From Sphagnum compactum (Eukaryota): a DNA stretch of 64,000 nt. The translations under genes were made by a program, and so were the position numbers. A model generated the notes under the pieces. It was not told the origin of the DNA, ran no database searches, and was given only the letters and a program-made list of their open reading frames with translations. The DNA lies in contig OZ234493.1 in NCBI GenBank assembly GCA_965153455.1, positions 4,960,001 to 5,024,000 on the forward strand. Direction: 5' to 3'. Below are positions 11,367 to 25,174 of the stretch, piece after piece. Position 1 is the stretch's first letter. Each line of letters starts with the position of its first letter.

Positions 11367-14300
11367 TATTGGCAACAACTTGAAAACAAGCAAGAAATGC
11401 AACACTCAAGGTTCATGAAATGGAACAATTGTATTAACTAAAAGAAGATTACAAAGGTTGTATGCTTCAAATGCTACAATCATAAAACTATGGCTTGCAA
11501 CAACTAACAAAGCTTGAAGGTTCTATGTGCACTCAACAACCATGAAAGGAAAGAATGAAAGACAACTCAAAACCACTCCATTATATAATATCTCCTAAAC
11601 CTAAAGTAGCCGCCACTTAACCCTAACCTAGCTGCCACCAAACCCTAACCCTAGCCGCCGCCAAACCCTAAGTAGTCTCCACTTCTAAACCCTAACCTAA
11701 CAACTACAAGGATGTGTATACTATTCATCCTTTTGATGAATGTTTAACACATTCATCAACATTGGGAATTAGAAACGAATAGTATTTCTAACACTCCCAC
11801 TCTATAAAGTTTCTAATCCGAACATGTTTATCAACTTATGATGTCGTTCTTTAGATATTGCCTTAGTAAGGACATCCGCCACCATGTGGTCGGTTGGACA
11901 ATATTCAAATCCGACTTCTCCATTTTAAACTCGTTCTCGAACAAAATGATGTTGTACATCAATGTGTTTTGTTCGTGCATGGTGAGTGGGATTCTTGGTC
12001 AATGATATCGCACCTTGATTGTCGCATCGAATCACCATCATTTTCTTCTCCTCCATGTATCTTAAATCCATCATCAATTTTGTTATCCATATGGCTTCTT
12101 TTGTGGCTTGCGTGTTCGCCATGTATTCCGCCTCCGTGGTGGACAATGCTATTGTCGGTTGTCGTTTGCTACTCCAAGAAATCGCTCCACCTCCAATCAT
12201 GAAAACAAACCCTGTGGTGGACCTCCTATCTTCAAGATCACCACCCCAATCCGCATCACAATATCCAAGAACTTCCTTGGATGGTGTTCCACAAAAATTG
12301 TAACTTCATTTGCAATGTACCTTGCAAATATCGAAAGATTCGTTTGACGGCCATCCAATGCTCCATGTTAGGGTTCGCCATGTGTTGACTCAACACGCTT
12401 ATTGGGTATGCCAAGTCGGGTCGTGTGCACAACATGGCATACATCAAAGACCCAACCGCTTGTTGATATGGAAATCCCTTTGATTCAGCATTTCCATTCA
12501 CATTCCTTTGTAACTTCACCTTGGGATTCAATGGAACTCCAATGGGCTTACATTCTTCCATTCGAAACCGCTTCAATATTTCCTTGAGGTATTTGATTTG
12601 GTTGATGCGTAGGAGTCTTTCATCACGATTCCTTTCCACCTCCATCCCCAAAAAGAAATGCAACTCCCCAAGGTCCTTCATTTCAAACTTTTGACTCAAT
12701 TCCTCTTTGATTTGCAAAAGTTTGTTTTGATCGTTACACACCAAAATGAAGTCGTCCACATAGACCACAATGAAAAACTTCACATCTCCCACTTGTGCAA
12801 CGTACACACTAGGATCCGCCTCACTCTTGATAAATTCAATGCTTTTGAGAAACGCATCTAACTTTTGATTCCATGCCCTCGGAGATTGTTTCAAACCATA
12901 CAAGGACTTGTGAAGCTTACACACGAGATGTTCACCTCCTTGGTGCACGAACCCTTGAGGTTGCTCCATGTAAATCTCCTCTTCAAGCTCGCCATTGAGA
13001 AATGCGGTTTTCACGTCCATTTGATGGATCTCCATGTCTTCCAAGGTTGCCAATGCAAGAATACAACGAATAGATGCAAATTTTGCGACCGGCGCAAAAG
13101 TTTCGTTGTAATCCACTCCGTAGGTTTGGGTAAAACCTCTTGCTACTAATCTAGCCTTGTAGCGTTCCACTTCCCCATTTGCGCCTTGTTTGATTTTGAA
13201 CACCCATTTGCAAGAAACGGGTTTCCTACCGGCGGGAAGTGGTACCAAAGTCCATGTGTTGTTTGTCATGAGGGAATCATATTCTTCTCGCATCGCACAC
13301 TCCGACTCCTTGGAATTTTTATTGGAAACAACTTGAATACAAGCAAGAAATGCAACACTCAAAGTTCATGAAAGATTACAAAGGTTGTATGCTTCAAATG
13401 CTACAATCATAAAACTATGGCTTGCAACAACTAACAAAGCTTGAAGGTTCTATGTGCACTCAACAACCATGAAAGGAAGGAATGAAAGACAACTCAAAAC
13501 CACTCACTTATATAATATCTCCTAACCCTAAGTAGCCGCCACTTAACCCTAACCTAGCCGCCACCAAACCCTAACCCTAGCCGCCGCCTAACCCTAGCCG
13601 CCACCAAACCCTAAACCTAGCCGCCGCCTAACCCTAACCCTAGCCGCCGCCAAACCCTAAGTAGTCTCCACTTCTAAACCCTAACCTAACAACTACAAGG
13701 ATGTGTATACTATTCATCCTTTTGATGAATGTTTAACACATTCATCAACATTGGGAATTAGAAACGAATAGTATTTCTAACACTCCCACTCTATAAAGTT
13801 TCTAATCCGAACATGTTTATCAACTTATGATGTCGTTCTTTAGATAATGCCTTAGTAAGGACATCCGCCACCATGTGTTCCGTTGGACAATATTCAAATC
13901 CTACTTCTCCATTTTCAACTCGTTCTCGAACAAAATGATGTTGTACATCAATGTGTTTTGTTCGTGCATGGTGAGTGGGATTCTTGGTCAATGATATCGC
14001 ACCTTGATTGTCGCATCGAATCACCATCATTTTCTTCTCCTCCATGTATCCCAAATCCATCATCAATTTTGTTATCCATACGGCTTCTTTTGTGGCTTGC
14101 GTGTTCGCCATGTATTCCGCCTCCGTGGTGGACAATGCTATTGTGGGTTGTCGTTTGCTACTCCAAGAAATCGCTCCACCTCCAATCATGAAAACAAACC
14201 CTGTGGTGGACCTCCTATCTTCAAGATCACCACCCCAATCCGCATCACAATATCCAAGAACTTCCTTGGATGGTGTTCCACCAAATTGTAACTTCATTTG

Positions 14301-17300
14301 CAATGTACCTTGCAAATATCGAAAGATTCGTTTGACGGCCATCCAATGCTCCATGTTAGGGTTCGCCATGTGTTGACTCAACACGCTTATTGGGTATGCC
14401 AAGTCGGGTCGTGTGCACAACATGGCATACATCAAAGACCCAACCGCTTGTTGATATGGAAATCCCTTTGATTCAGCATTTCCATTCGCATTCCTTTGTA
14501 ACTTCACCTTGGGATCCAATGGAACTCCAATGGGCTTACATTCTTCCATTCGAAACCGCTTCAATATTTCCTTGAGGTATTTGATTTGGTTGATGCGTAG
14601 GAGTCTTTCATCACGATTCCTTTCCACCTCCATCCCCAAAAAGAAATGCAACTCCCCGAGGTCCTTCATTTCAAACTTTTGACTCAATTCCTCTTTGATT
14701 TGCAAAAGTTTGTTTTGATCGTTACACACCAAAATGAGGTCGTCCACATAGACCACAATGAAAAACTTCACATCTCCCACTTGTGCAACGTACACACTAG
14801 GATCCGCCTCACTCTTGATAAATTCAATGCTTTTGAGAAACGCATCTAACTTTTGATTCCATGCCCTCGGAGATTGTTTCAAACCATACAAGGACTTGTG
14901 AAGCTTACACACGAGATGTTCACCTCCTTGGTGCACGAACCCTTGAGGTTGCTCCATGTAAATCTCCTCTTCAAGCTCGCCATTGAGAAATGCGGTTTTC
15001 ACGTCCATTTGATGGATCTCCATGTCTTTCAAGGCCGCCAATGCAAGAATACAACGAATAGATGCAAATTTTGCGACCGGCGCAAAAGTTTCGTTGTAAT
15101 CCACTCCGTAGGTTTGAGTAAAACCCCTTGCTACTAATCTAGCCTTGTAGCGTTCCACTTCCCCATTTGCGCCTTGTTTGATTTTGAACACCCATTTGCA
15201 AGAAACGGGTTTCCTACCGGCGGGAAGTGGTACCAAAGTCCATGTGTTGTTTGTCATGAGGGAATCATATTCTTCTCGCATCGCACACTCCCACTCCTTG
15301 GAATTTTCACATGTTAATGCTTCTTCAATATTTTGGGGCTCCTCCAAAAATGCAACGGTGGCGCGCTCCACCTCTTTGGTAGAAATCCACCAATCCCGAG
15401 GCCATTCCCTTCATTGCCTTTGAGGTCTTTCCCTCGCAATATCTTGTGAAGGTTCACAAGATGGGTTGTCATTGGAAACAACAAATTCCTCTTCCGATGA
15501 AGAACTTGGTGTGGATTCACTTTGCACACCTTCCATTCTTGTTTCACTCAAAGGTCTATCTTGACTAAAGGCCAATGGTTCTTCTCCCTCAACTTCTTCA
15601 TGCACAACTACATTTTCTTCTTTCTCAAGATGAGGTACACCACCTATTTCCTTTGAGCCTTCAATGAACACAACATCTCTACTTTTGATGATTCTCTTGG
15701 TTTTCACACACATCAAGCGATACGCTTTGGTGCCTTCGTAATATCCTAAAAACACACAAGGCATGGACTTGGAGTCTAATTTGGTCCTCTTCTCATCGGG
15801 GACATGTGCAAAGGCTTTACAACCAAAAACTCTCAAATGGGACACATCGGGTTTCCTACCACTCCACGCTTCTTGAGGGGTCTTGGAATCAAGAGCCTTG
15901 GTTGGACATCGATTTTTGATGTACACCGCCGTGTTCACCGCATCGCCCCAAAATTTAAGTTCCAACCCTTGTGCAAGAATCATGCTTCTTGCACATTCCA
16001 TGATGGTTCTATTGGCACGTTTCGCAACACCGTTTTGTTGTGGGGAATAGGGCGCACTTGTTTGTCGTTGAATTCCACATTCCGCAAGAAATGCGTCAAA
16101 TTTCTTAGACACAAATTCTCCTCCGTTGTCGGAACACAGCACTTTGATTTTGTGACCAATTTCGTTCTCCACCAAGGCCTTGTATTGTTTGAACTTTTCA
16201 AACGCTTCTCCTTTGGCGTTCAAAAGATAGACATGAGTTTTCCTTGAGAAATCGTTAATGAAAGTGAGAAAGTATCGCGCTCCACCATGGGATGTAATCT
16301 TCATTGGCCCGCACACATCAGTGTGCACAATCTCCAAAAGTTGTGAAGCCGTCGTTGCTCCGTCCTTGGGAAATGATGTTCTTTGATGTTTGCCTTTGAC
16401 GCATTCGTCACAAATGTGATGCAACGGCACTTCTTTCAAATTCATGCCATCCACCATGGCATCTAACTCCTTAAGGCTTGCCATGTTGAGATGGCCAAGT
16501 CTTTCATGCCAAAGCATCGCACTTTCCTCCAAAGAATTTGCAATGTGTGCCATGTCCTTACGCACCTTCACATTAAGAAGGTACAAGTTCTTGTCCCTTC
16601 GTGCTTGCGCCACAACAACTCCTCGAGCATCGTTGACCTTACAACCATCCTTGTCAAACTCCACTTTGAAACCTTCCGAAATGAGTTTGCTCACCGAAAT
16701 GAGATTATTCTTCATTTTTGGAACATGAAGAACTTGGGTGATGGTTGTGTGTGTCAATTGGCCTCCCACTTGCAATGTGGCTTTGATGCTCCCCTTGCCA
16801 ATGGCCTCCAAAACGGTGTCATCGCCCATGAACACCCTCCTGGGGGAAATGCGCTCGTACGTGGTAAACCATTCTTGTTCGAATGTCATGTGTTGCGTTG
16901 CACCCGAATTGACAATCCAATCATACGTGGTATGATCATTGGCACTCAATGCCGCAACAAACATTTGTTCGTGATCTTCACAAGCTTGATTAGCTTTTTC
17001 TTTTTCATCATTTTTCTTCTTGAAACAATTTCTCACAAAATGTTCGGGTTTCTTACAATAAAAGCAAAGCTTCTCATTTGGCTTGTGAGTTTTGTTCACT
17101 AATGCGGTAGTCTCAGAATTCTCACTTTCTTTTCTTTTGGACACTTCGTGAAGCAACCTTGGTACAACGAATTGAAGGTCTACATCTTTCGTGGACATGG
17201 ACTCCAAGCTTGTGACTAAGTTATCAAAGGATGGAGGAAGGCTCATGAGGAGTGCCATGTAAACATCTTCATCCGTAATGTTCACCTCGATGGAACGTAG

Positions 17301-17707
17301 TTGGTCCGCAAGGGCTTTCACCGTGTTGATGTGCACAAGCATGTCATCTCCTTTTTGCATTTTGATGGTGAAGAATCTCCTTCGAAGGAACAACTTGTTG
17401 CCAATGGTCTTAGCTTCATGCACACCACAAAGAGCCTCCCACGCACTTCTCACATTGTCACAATATTGAATGTGTGCAAGTTGGGCATCCGTGAGATGTT
17501 CACAAAGCAATGCAAAAGCCTTGGTCTCTTTTTCGTTGTAATCGGCCCTTGCAACTTCTTCACCCTAGTCGCCGCCTAACCCTAAGTAGTCTCCACTTCT
17601 AAACCCTAACCTAACAACTACAAGGATGTGTATACTATTCATGCTTTTGATGAATGTTTAACACATTCATCAACATTGGGAATTAGAAACGAATGGTATT
17701 TCTAACA
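11367..17707 (-). mobile_element. Composite family A insertion with TSD ATTTC: 3' LTR 11367-11793, RT/RH remnant 11794-13319, nested LTR 13320-13782, gag-pol 13791-17563, 5' LTR stub 17564-17707
   Basis: ATTTC at 11362-11366 and 17708-17712; PPTs at 11794 and 13783; gag is joined directly to the LTR repeat tract at about 17563. Confidence 0.93.
13791..17563 (-). pseudogene. Gag-Pol, 5'-truncated, one in-frame TGA (15411-15413), protease DSG>NSG and integrase E>K substitutions
   Basis: ORFs 15411..17510 and 13791..15371 are in the same frame. Confidence 0.93.
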
Positions 17708-20700
17708 ATTTCTTCAAGGTGTTGTAAGTTTTTCAAGTGTGAAAAACTTGTTTTTGAAAGTATCAAGGTTTTCCAAGTGAAAGTGTTTGGAAGATAGTTC
17801 TTTTAGTTGTTGAAAACTTCAACTTTCAAGTTTGAGAGTGTTTGTTGTAGCATTTGTGTTCAAAATGTCTTCTTTTCAAATGGAGTCCTTGAAAGTCATG
17901 GAGAAGTTTGATGGTGGCAACTTTCACCTTTGGAAGTTCAAAATGCGCATGATGCTTTCCCAACATGGGCTTTGGAAATTTGTTGATGGGAGTGCCACCT
18001 TGCCAAGTGAAGAAGTTGCAAGGGCCGATTACAACGAAAAAGAGACCAAGGCTTTTGCATTGCTTTGCGAACATCTCACGGATGCCTTACTTGCACACAT
18101 TCAATATTGTGACAATGTGAGAAGTGCGTGGGAGGCTCTTTGCGAAGTGCATGAAACTAAGACAATTGGTAACAAGTTGTTCCTTCGAAGGAGATTCTTC
18201 ACCATCAAAATGCAAAAAGGAGATGACATGCTTGTGCACATCAACACGGTGGAAGCCCTTGCGGACCAACTACGTTCCATCTAGGTGAACATTACGGATG
18301 AAGATGTTTACATGGTACTCCTCATGAGCCTTCCTCCATCCTTTGATAACTTAGTCACAAGCTTGGAGTCCATGTCCACGAAAGATGTAGACCTTCAATT
18401 CGTTGTACCAAGGTTGCTTCACGAAGTGTCCAAAAGAAAAGAATGTGAGAATTCCGAGACTACCAATTAGTGAACAAAACTGACAAGCCAAATGAGAAGC
18501 TTTGCTTTTATTGTAAGAAACCCGAACATTTTGTGAGAAATTGTTTCAAGAAGAAAAATGATGAAAAAGAAAAAGCTAATCAAGCTTGTGAAGATCACGA
18601 ACAAATGTTTGTTGCGGCATTGAGTGCCAATGATCATACCACGTATGATTGGATTGTCGATTCGGGTGCAACGCAACACATGACATTCGAACAAGAATGG
18701 TTTACCACGTACGAGCGCATTTCCCCCAGGAGGGTGTTCATGGGCGATGACACCGTTTTGGAGGCCATTGGCAAGGGGAGCATCAAAGCCACATTGCAAG
18801 TGGGAGGCCAATTGACACACACAACCATCACCCAAGTTCTTCATGTTCCAAAAATGAAGAATAATCTCATTTCGGTGAGCAAACTCATTTCGAAAGGTTT
18901 CAAAGTGGAGTTTGACAAGGATGGTTGTAAGGTCAACGATGCTTGAGGAGTTGTTGTGGCGCAAGCACGAAGGGACAAGAACTTGTACCTTCTTGATGTG
19001 AAGGTGCGTAGGGACATGGCACACATTGCAAATTCTTTGGAGGAAAGTGCGATGCTTTGGCATGAAAGACTTGGCCATCTCAACATGGCAAGCCTTAAGG
19101 AGTTAGATGCCATGGTGGATGACATGAATTTGAAAGAAGTGCCGTTGCATCACATTTGTGAAGGATGCGTCAAAGGCAAACATCAAAGAACATCATTTTC
19201 CAAAGACTGAGCAACGAGGGCTTCACAACTTTTGGAGATTGTGCACACCGATGTGTGCGGGCCAATGAAGACTACATCGCATGGTGGAGCGCGATACTTT
19301 CTCACTTTCATTGACGATTTCTCAAGGAAAACTCATGTCTATCTTTTGAAGGCCAAAGGAAAAGCGTTTGAAAAGTTCAAACAATACAAGGCCTTGGTGG
19401 AGAACGAAATTGGTCACAAAATCAAAGTGTTACGTTCCGACAACGGAGGAGAATTTGTGTCTAGGAAATTTGACGCATTTCTTGCGGAATGTGGAATTCA
19501 ACGACAAACAAGTGCGCCCTATTCCCCACAACAAAACGGTGTTGCGAAACGTGCCAATAGAACCATCATGGAATGTGCAAGAAGCATGATTCTTGCACAA
19601 GGGTTGGAACTTAAATTTTGGGGCGATGCGGTGAACACGGCGGTGTACATCAAAAATCGATGTCCAACCAAGGCTCTTGATTCCAAGACCCCTCAAGAAG
19701 CGTGGAGTGGTAGGAAACCCGATGTGTCCCATTTGAGAGTTTTTGGTTGTAAAGCCTTTGCACATGTCCCCGATGAGAAGAGGACCAAATTAGACTCCAA
19801 GTCCATGCCTTGTGTGTTTTTAGGATATTACGAAGGCACCAAAGCGTATCGCTTGATGTGTGTGAAAACCAAGAGAATCATCAAAAGTAGAGATGTTGTG
19901 TTCATTGAAGGGTCAAAGGAAATAGGTGGTGTACCTCATCTTGAGAAAGAAGAAAATGTAGTTGTGCATGAAGAAGTTGAAGGAGAAGAACCATTGGCCT
20001 TTAGTCAAGATAGACCTTTGAGTGAAACAAGAATGGAAGGTGTGCAAAGTGAATCCACACGAAGTTCTTCATCGGAAGAGGAATTTGTTGTTTCCAATGA
20101 TAACCCATCTTGTGAACCTTCACAAGATATTGCGAGGGAAAGACCTCAAAGGCAACGAAGGGAATGGCCTCGGGATTGGTGGATTGCTACCAAAGAGGTG
20201 GAGCGCGCCACCATTGCATTTTTGGAGGAGCCCCAAAATATTGAAGAAGCATTGACATGTGAAAATTCCAAGGAGTGGGAGTGTGCGATGCGAGAAGAAT
20301 ATGATTCCCTCATGACAAACAACACATGGACTTTGGTACCACTTCCCGCCGGTAGGAAACCCGTTTCTTGCAAATGGGTGTTCAAAATCAAACAAGGCGC
20401 AAATGGGGAAGTGGAACGCTACAAGGCTAGATTAGTAGCAAGAGGTTTTACCCAAACCTACGGAGTGGATTACAATGAGACTTTTGCGCCGATCGCAAAA
20501 TTTGCATCTATTCGTTGTATTCTTGCATTGGCGGCCTTGGAAGACATGGAGATCCATCAAATGGACGTGAAAACCGCATTTCTCAATGGCGAGCTTGAAG
20601 AGGAGATTTACATGGAGCAACCTCAAGGGTTCGTGCACCAAGGAGGTGAACATCTTGTGTGTAAGCTTCACAAGTCCTTGTATGGTTTGAAACAATCTCC

Positions 20701-22172
20701 AAGGGCATGGAATCAAAAGTTAGATGCGTTTCTCAAAAGCATTGAATTTATCAAGAGTGAGGCGGATCCTAGTGTGTATGTTGCACAAGTGGGAGATGTG
20801 AAGTTTTTCATTGTGGTCTATGTGGACGACCTCATTTTGGTGTGCAACGATCAAAACACATCTTTTTGGGGATGGAGGTGGAAAGGAATCGTGATGAAAG
20901 ACTCCTACGCATCAACCAAATCAAATACCTCAAGGAAATATTGAAGCGGTTTCGAATGGAAGAATGTAAGCCCATTGGAGTTCCATTGGATCCCAAGGTG
21001 AAGTTACAAAGGAATGTGAATGGAAATGATGAATCAAAGGGATTTCCATATCAACAAGCGGTTGGGTCTTTGATGTATGCCATGTTGTGCACACGACCCG
21101 ACTTGGCATACCCAATAAGCGTGTTGAGTCAACACATGGCGAACCCTAACATGGAGCATTGGATGGCCGTCAAACGAATCTTTCGATATTTGCAAGGTAC
21201 ATTGCAAATGAAATTACAATTTGGTGGAACACCATCCAAGGAAGTTCTTGGATATTGTGATGCGGATTGGGGTGGTGATCTTGAAGATAGGAGGTCCACC
21301 ACAGGGTTTGTTTTCATGATTGGAGGTGGAGCGATTTCTTGGAGTAGCAAACGACAACCCACAATAGCATTGTCCACCACGGAGGCGGAATACATGGCGA
21401 ACACGCAAGCCACAAAAGAAGCCGTATGGATAACAAAATTGATGATGGATTTGGGATACATGGAGGAGAAGAAAATGATGGTGATTCGATGCGACAATCA
21501 AGGTGCGATATCATTGACCAAGAATCCCACTCACCATGCACGAACAAAACACATTGATGTACAACATCATTTTGTTCGAGAACGAGTTGAAAATGGAGAA
21601 GTAGGATTTGAATATTGTCCAACGGAACACATGGTGGCGGATGTCCTTACTAAGGCATTATCTAAAGAACGACATCATAAGTTGATAAACATGTTCGGAT
21701 TAGAAACTTCATAGAGTGGGAGTGTTAGAAATACTATTCGTTTCTAATTCCCAATGTTGATGAATGTGTTAAACATTCATCAAAAGGATGAATAGTATAC
21801 ACATCCTTGTAGTTGTTAGGTTAGGGTTTAGAAATGGAGACTACTTAGGGTTTGGCGGCGGCTAGGGTTAGGGTTAGGCGGCGGCTAGGTTTAGGGTTTG
21901 GTGGCGGCTAGGTTAGGGTTAAGTGGCTGCTACTTTAGGGTTAGGAGATATTATATAATGGAGTGGTTTTGAGTTGTCTTTCATTTCTTCCTTTCATGGT
22001 TGTTGAGTGCACATAGAACCTTCAAGCTTTGTTAGTTGTTGCAAGCCATAGTTTTATGATTGTAGCATTTGAAGCATACGACCTTTGTAATCTTCTTTTA
22101 GTTAATACAATTGTTCCATTTCATGAACCTTGAGTGTTACATTTCTTGCTTGTATTCAAGTTGTTTCCAATA

Positions 22173-22252
22173 GCTTCAAGCCTTGTTAGATATTACAAGC
22201 CATAGTTATATGATTGTAGCAATAAAGCATATAACCTTTGTAATTTCCAATA
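22173..22252 (+). repeat. 3' end of a family C LTR (target of the upstream A element)
   Basis: Reverse complement of 35381-35460; ends TTTCCAATA. Confidence 0.92.
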
Positions 22253-25174
22253 AATATTTCCTTGAGGTATTTGATTTGGTTGATGCGTAGGAGTCTTTCA
22301 TCATGATTCCTTTCCACCTCCATCCCCAAAAACAAATGCAACTCCCGAGGTCCTTCATTTTAAACTTTTGACTCAATTCCTCTTTGATTTGCAAAAGTTT
22401 GTTTTGATCGTAGGTCTTCTCATCGGGGACATGTGCAAAGGCTTTACAACCAAAAACTCTCAAATTAGACACATTGGGTTTCCTACCACTCCACGCTTCT
22501 TGAGGGGCCTTGGAATCAAGAGCCTTGGTTGGACATCGATTTTTGATGTACACCGCCGTGTTCACCGCTTCGCCCCAAAATTCAAGTTCCAACCCTTGTG
22601 CAAGAATCATGCTTCTTGCACATTCCATGATGGTTCTATTGGCACGTTTCGCAACACCGTTTTGATGTGGGGAATAGGGCGCATTTGTTTGTCATTGAAT
22701 TCCACATTCCGCAAGAAATGCGTCAAATTTCTTAGACACAAATTCTCCTCCGTTGTCGGAACGTATCACTTTGATTTTGTGACCAATTTCGTTCTCCACC
22801 AACGCCTTGTATTGTTTGAATTTTTCAAACGCTTCTTCTTTGGCCTTCAAAAGATAAACAAGAGTTTTCCTTGAGAAATCGTTAATGAAAGTGAGAAAGT
22901 ATCGCGCTCCACCATGCGATGTAGTCTTCATTGGCCCGCACACATCGGTGTGCACAATCTTCAAAAGTTGTGAAGCCCTCGTAGTTCCGTCCTTGGGAAA
23001 TGATGTTCTTTGATGTTTGCCTGTGACGCATCCTTCTCAAATGTCATGCAACGGCACTTCTTTCAAATTCATGCCATCCACCATGGCATCTAACTCCTTA
23101 AGGCTTGCCATGTTGAGATGGCGAAGTCTTTCATGCCAAAGCACTTTGAAACTTCTCCATGACTTTCAAGGACTCCATTTGAAAAGAAGACATTTTGAAC
23201 ACAAATGCTACAACAAACACTATGACGCGCTCCTTGGTCCCGGGGTGAACCCACTTGAGGGTTCGCCAATGTGAAGTTGCGGAAAGTGGGGACCCAAGGG
23301 CACGCTCCCGACTTCCAACTCTATAAAGGGGTAGAGGGTCGAGTTGGAAGCCCCGGGATTAGACTAGGAAGATGGACTAGTAGATCAAGCACAAATCTGC
23401 ATCCAAAACCAACCACAACTGGGTTAGTTCACATTCGGGAACACCCTTGGGTGTTGGGACAAGCCACGGGCACTTCGGACTACTTGACTCACCACGGCCC
23501 GGACTTGGGGGAAGCCACCACCTTCCCCCTTATAGTTATCTCTGCGGCTCACCACGGAGGCTACATCCAAATGGCTCATTTTGTTGGGACTCCCGAAATG
23601 GAGTCCCGAAATTGTCCCGGCGGGACTCCCGGGACTTTGAACGGTCATAACTCCCGATTCCGAAGTCCGATCGCAACGAGGTCTGAACCAAAGTTGTAGC
23701 CCTCGTCGAGATCTTTTCAACGCCATGTCGCACTCCCTGAGGCGACGTCGGCAATGGGTCGATTCCCGACTTTTAGTGGTCGGGAGTCAAACTGCCAGTT
23801 TGACTCCCGGCCCTTCTTTTGCCCATAACTTGGGCTGCAGATGTCCAAATGGCCAATGCGAGGCCATTTTCGATATCTACGTTTCAAGACCTTTCCAATG
23901 ACACCAAGAACACTCCAATGCGAGGTGTTTTGCCCCTTGCTGTCGAGCTCTGAACATTCGGGAGTCCCGGAGGACTCCCAACCTCCAACTTTTCCAAGTG
24001 TTGGGCTTCACCCTCACACTTGGACAAAGTGGGGTTGCGACACACTATCAAACTTGAAAGTTGAAGTTTTCAACAACTAAAAGAACTCTCTTCCAAACAC
24101 TTTCACTTTGAAACTTGATACTTTCAAAAACAAGTTTTTCACACTTGAAAAACCTACAACACCTTGAAGAAATCTCTTCCACACCTCCCACTCACTTGCG
24201 ACCTTGCAAACTAAAAGCCTTCCCTCAAAAGGATTTTCCCTTTCTATGTTGTACAAGCAAACACTTCAAAAACTTAAAAAACAAGTTTTCCTAAAAACTT
24301 TTACAAGAAACTTGAAAACCTTCTCTTACACCTCAAACTTCAATGTTGAAACTTTCAACAACTCGAAGAACTCTCTTCCACACACTTTCTCAACCTTCAA
24401 CGTTGAAAACCTCAAAAACTTGAAGAACTCTCTTTCACACTTTTGAACTTAAACCTTGAAACTTAAAGACTTGAAGAACACTCTTCCACACTTAAGAACT
24501 TACAACACTTTGAAGAAGTCTCTTCCACACCTCCCACTCACTTGGAAAAGTTGCAAGCGCCTTGTATGCCACCACTTGGAAATGAACTCCCACTCACTTT
24601 GCAAACTAAGAACCTTGTCTCAAAAAGGATTCTCTCCTCTTTTTTTATGCAATACAAGCTCAAAACCTTTCATTACTTCTTGTTCTAACACAATGTCCTT
24701 TCTCTTGCTTGGTGTGGGCCCATAACCTATTGGAAACAACTTGAATACAAGCAAGAAATGAAAGCTTCAAGATTCATGAAATGGAACAATTGTATTAACT
24801 AATAAGAAGATTACAAAGGTTGTATGCTTCAAATGCTACAATCACAAAACTATGGCTTGCAACAACTAACAAAGGTTGAAGGTTCTATGTGCATTCAAAA
24901 ACCATGAAAGGAGAGAATGAAAGACAACTCAAAACCACTCCATTATATACTATCTCCTAACCCTAACCCTAGCCGCCGCCTAACCCTAATCCTAGCCGCC
25001 GCCTAACCCTAGCCGCCACCAAACCCTAACCCTAGCCGCCGCCAAACCCTAAGTAGTCTCCACTTCTAAACCCTAACCTAACTACTACAAGGATGTGAAT
25101 ACTATTCATCCTTTTGATGAATGTTTAACACATTCATCAACATTGGGAATTAGGAACGAATAGTATTTCTAACA
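22253..25174 (-). mobile_element. 5' half of a family A element (5' LTR 24728-25174, PBS, UTR, gag start, integrase, RT fragment) with two large internal deletions; its 3' half is 35759-37034 (+)
   Basis: Deletion joints near 22410 (integrase to RT) and 23145 (gag to integrase); breaks at LKEI with TSD ATATT; LTR shares TTGAAGCTTTCATTTC with the LTR at 36544-37034. Confidence 0.9.
23223..24042 (-). mobile_element. Ty3/Gypsy solo LTR (820 bp), TSD CACTA; same family as 27197-33928
   Basis: TG...CA ends; CACTA at 23218-23222 and 24043-24047. Confidence 0.96.

Larger units (their letters stand above)
11319..22172 (+). mobile_element. Family A host element: 5'UTR pieces 11319-11366 and 17708-17864, degenerate gag-pol 17865-21714, 3' LTR 21723-22172; split by the 11367-17707 insertion; its own 5' LTR is missing
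   Basis: The UTR rejoins across TSD ATTTC (GGAAGAG-ATTTC-TTCAAGG, matching the intact UTR at about 24160-24190). Stops at 18282, 18944, 19208; frameshift near 18465; deletion near 20858. Confidence 0.92.
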
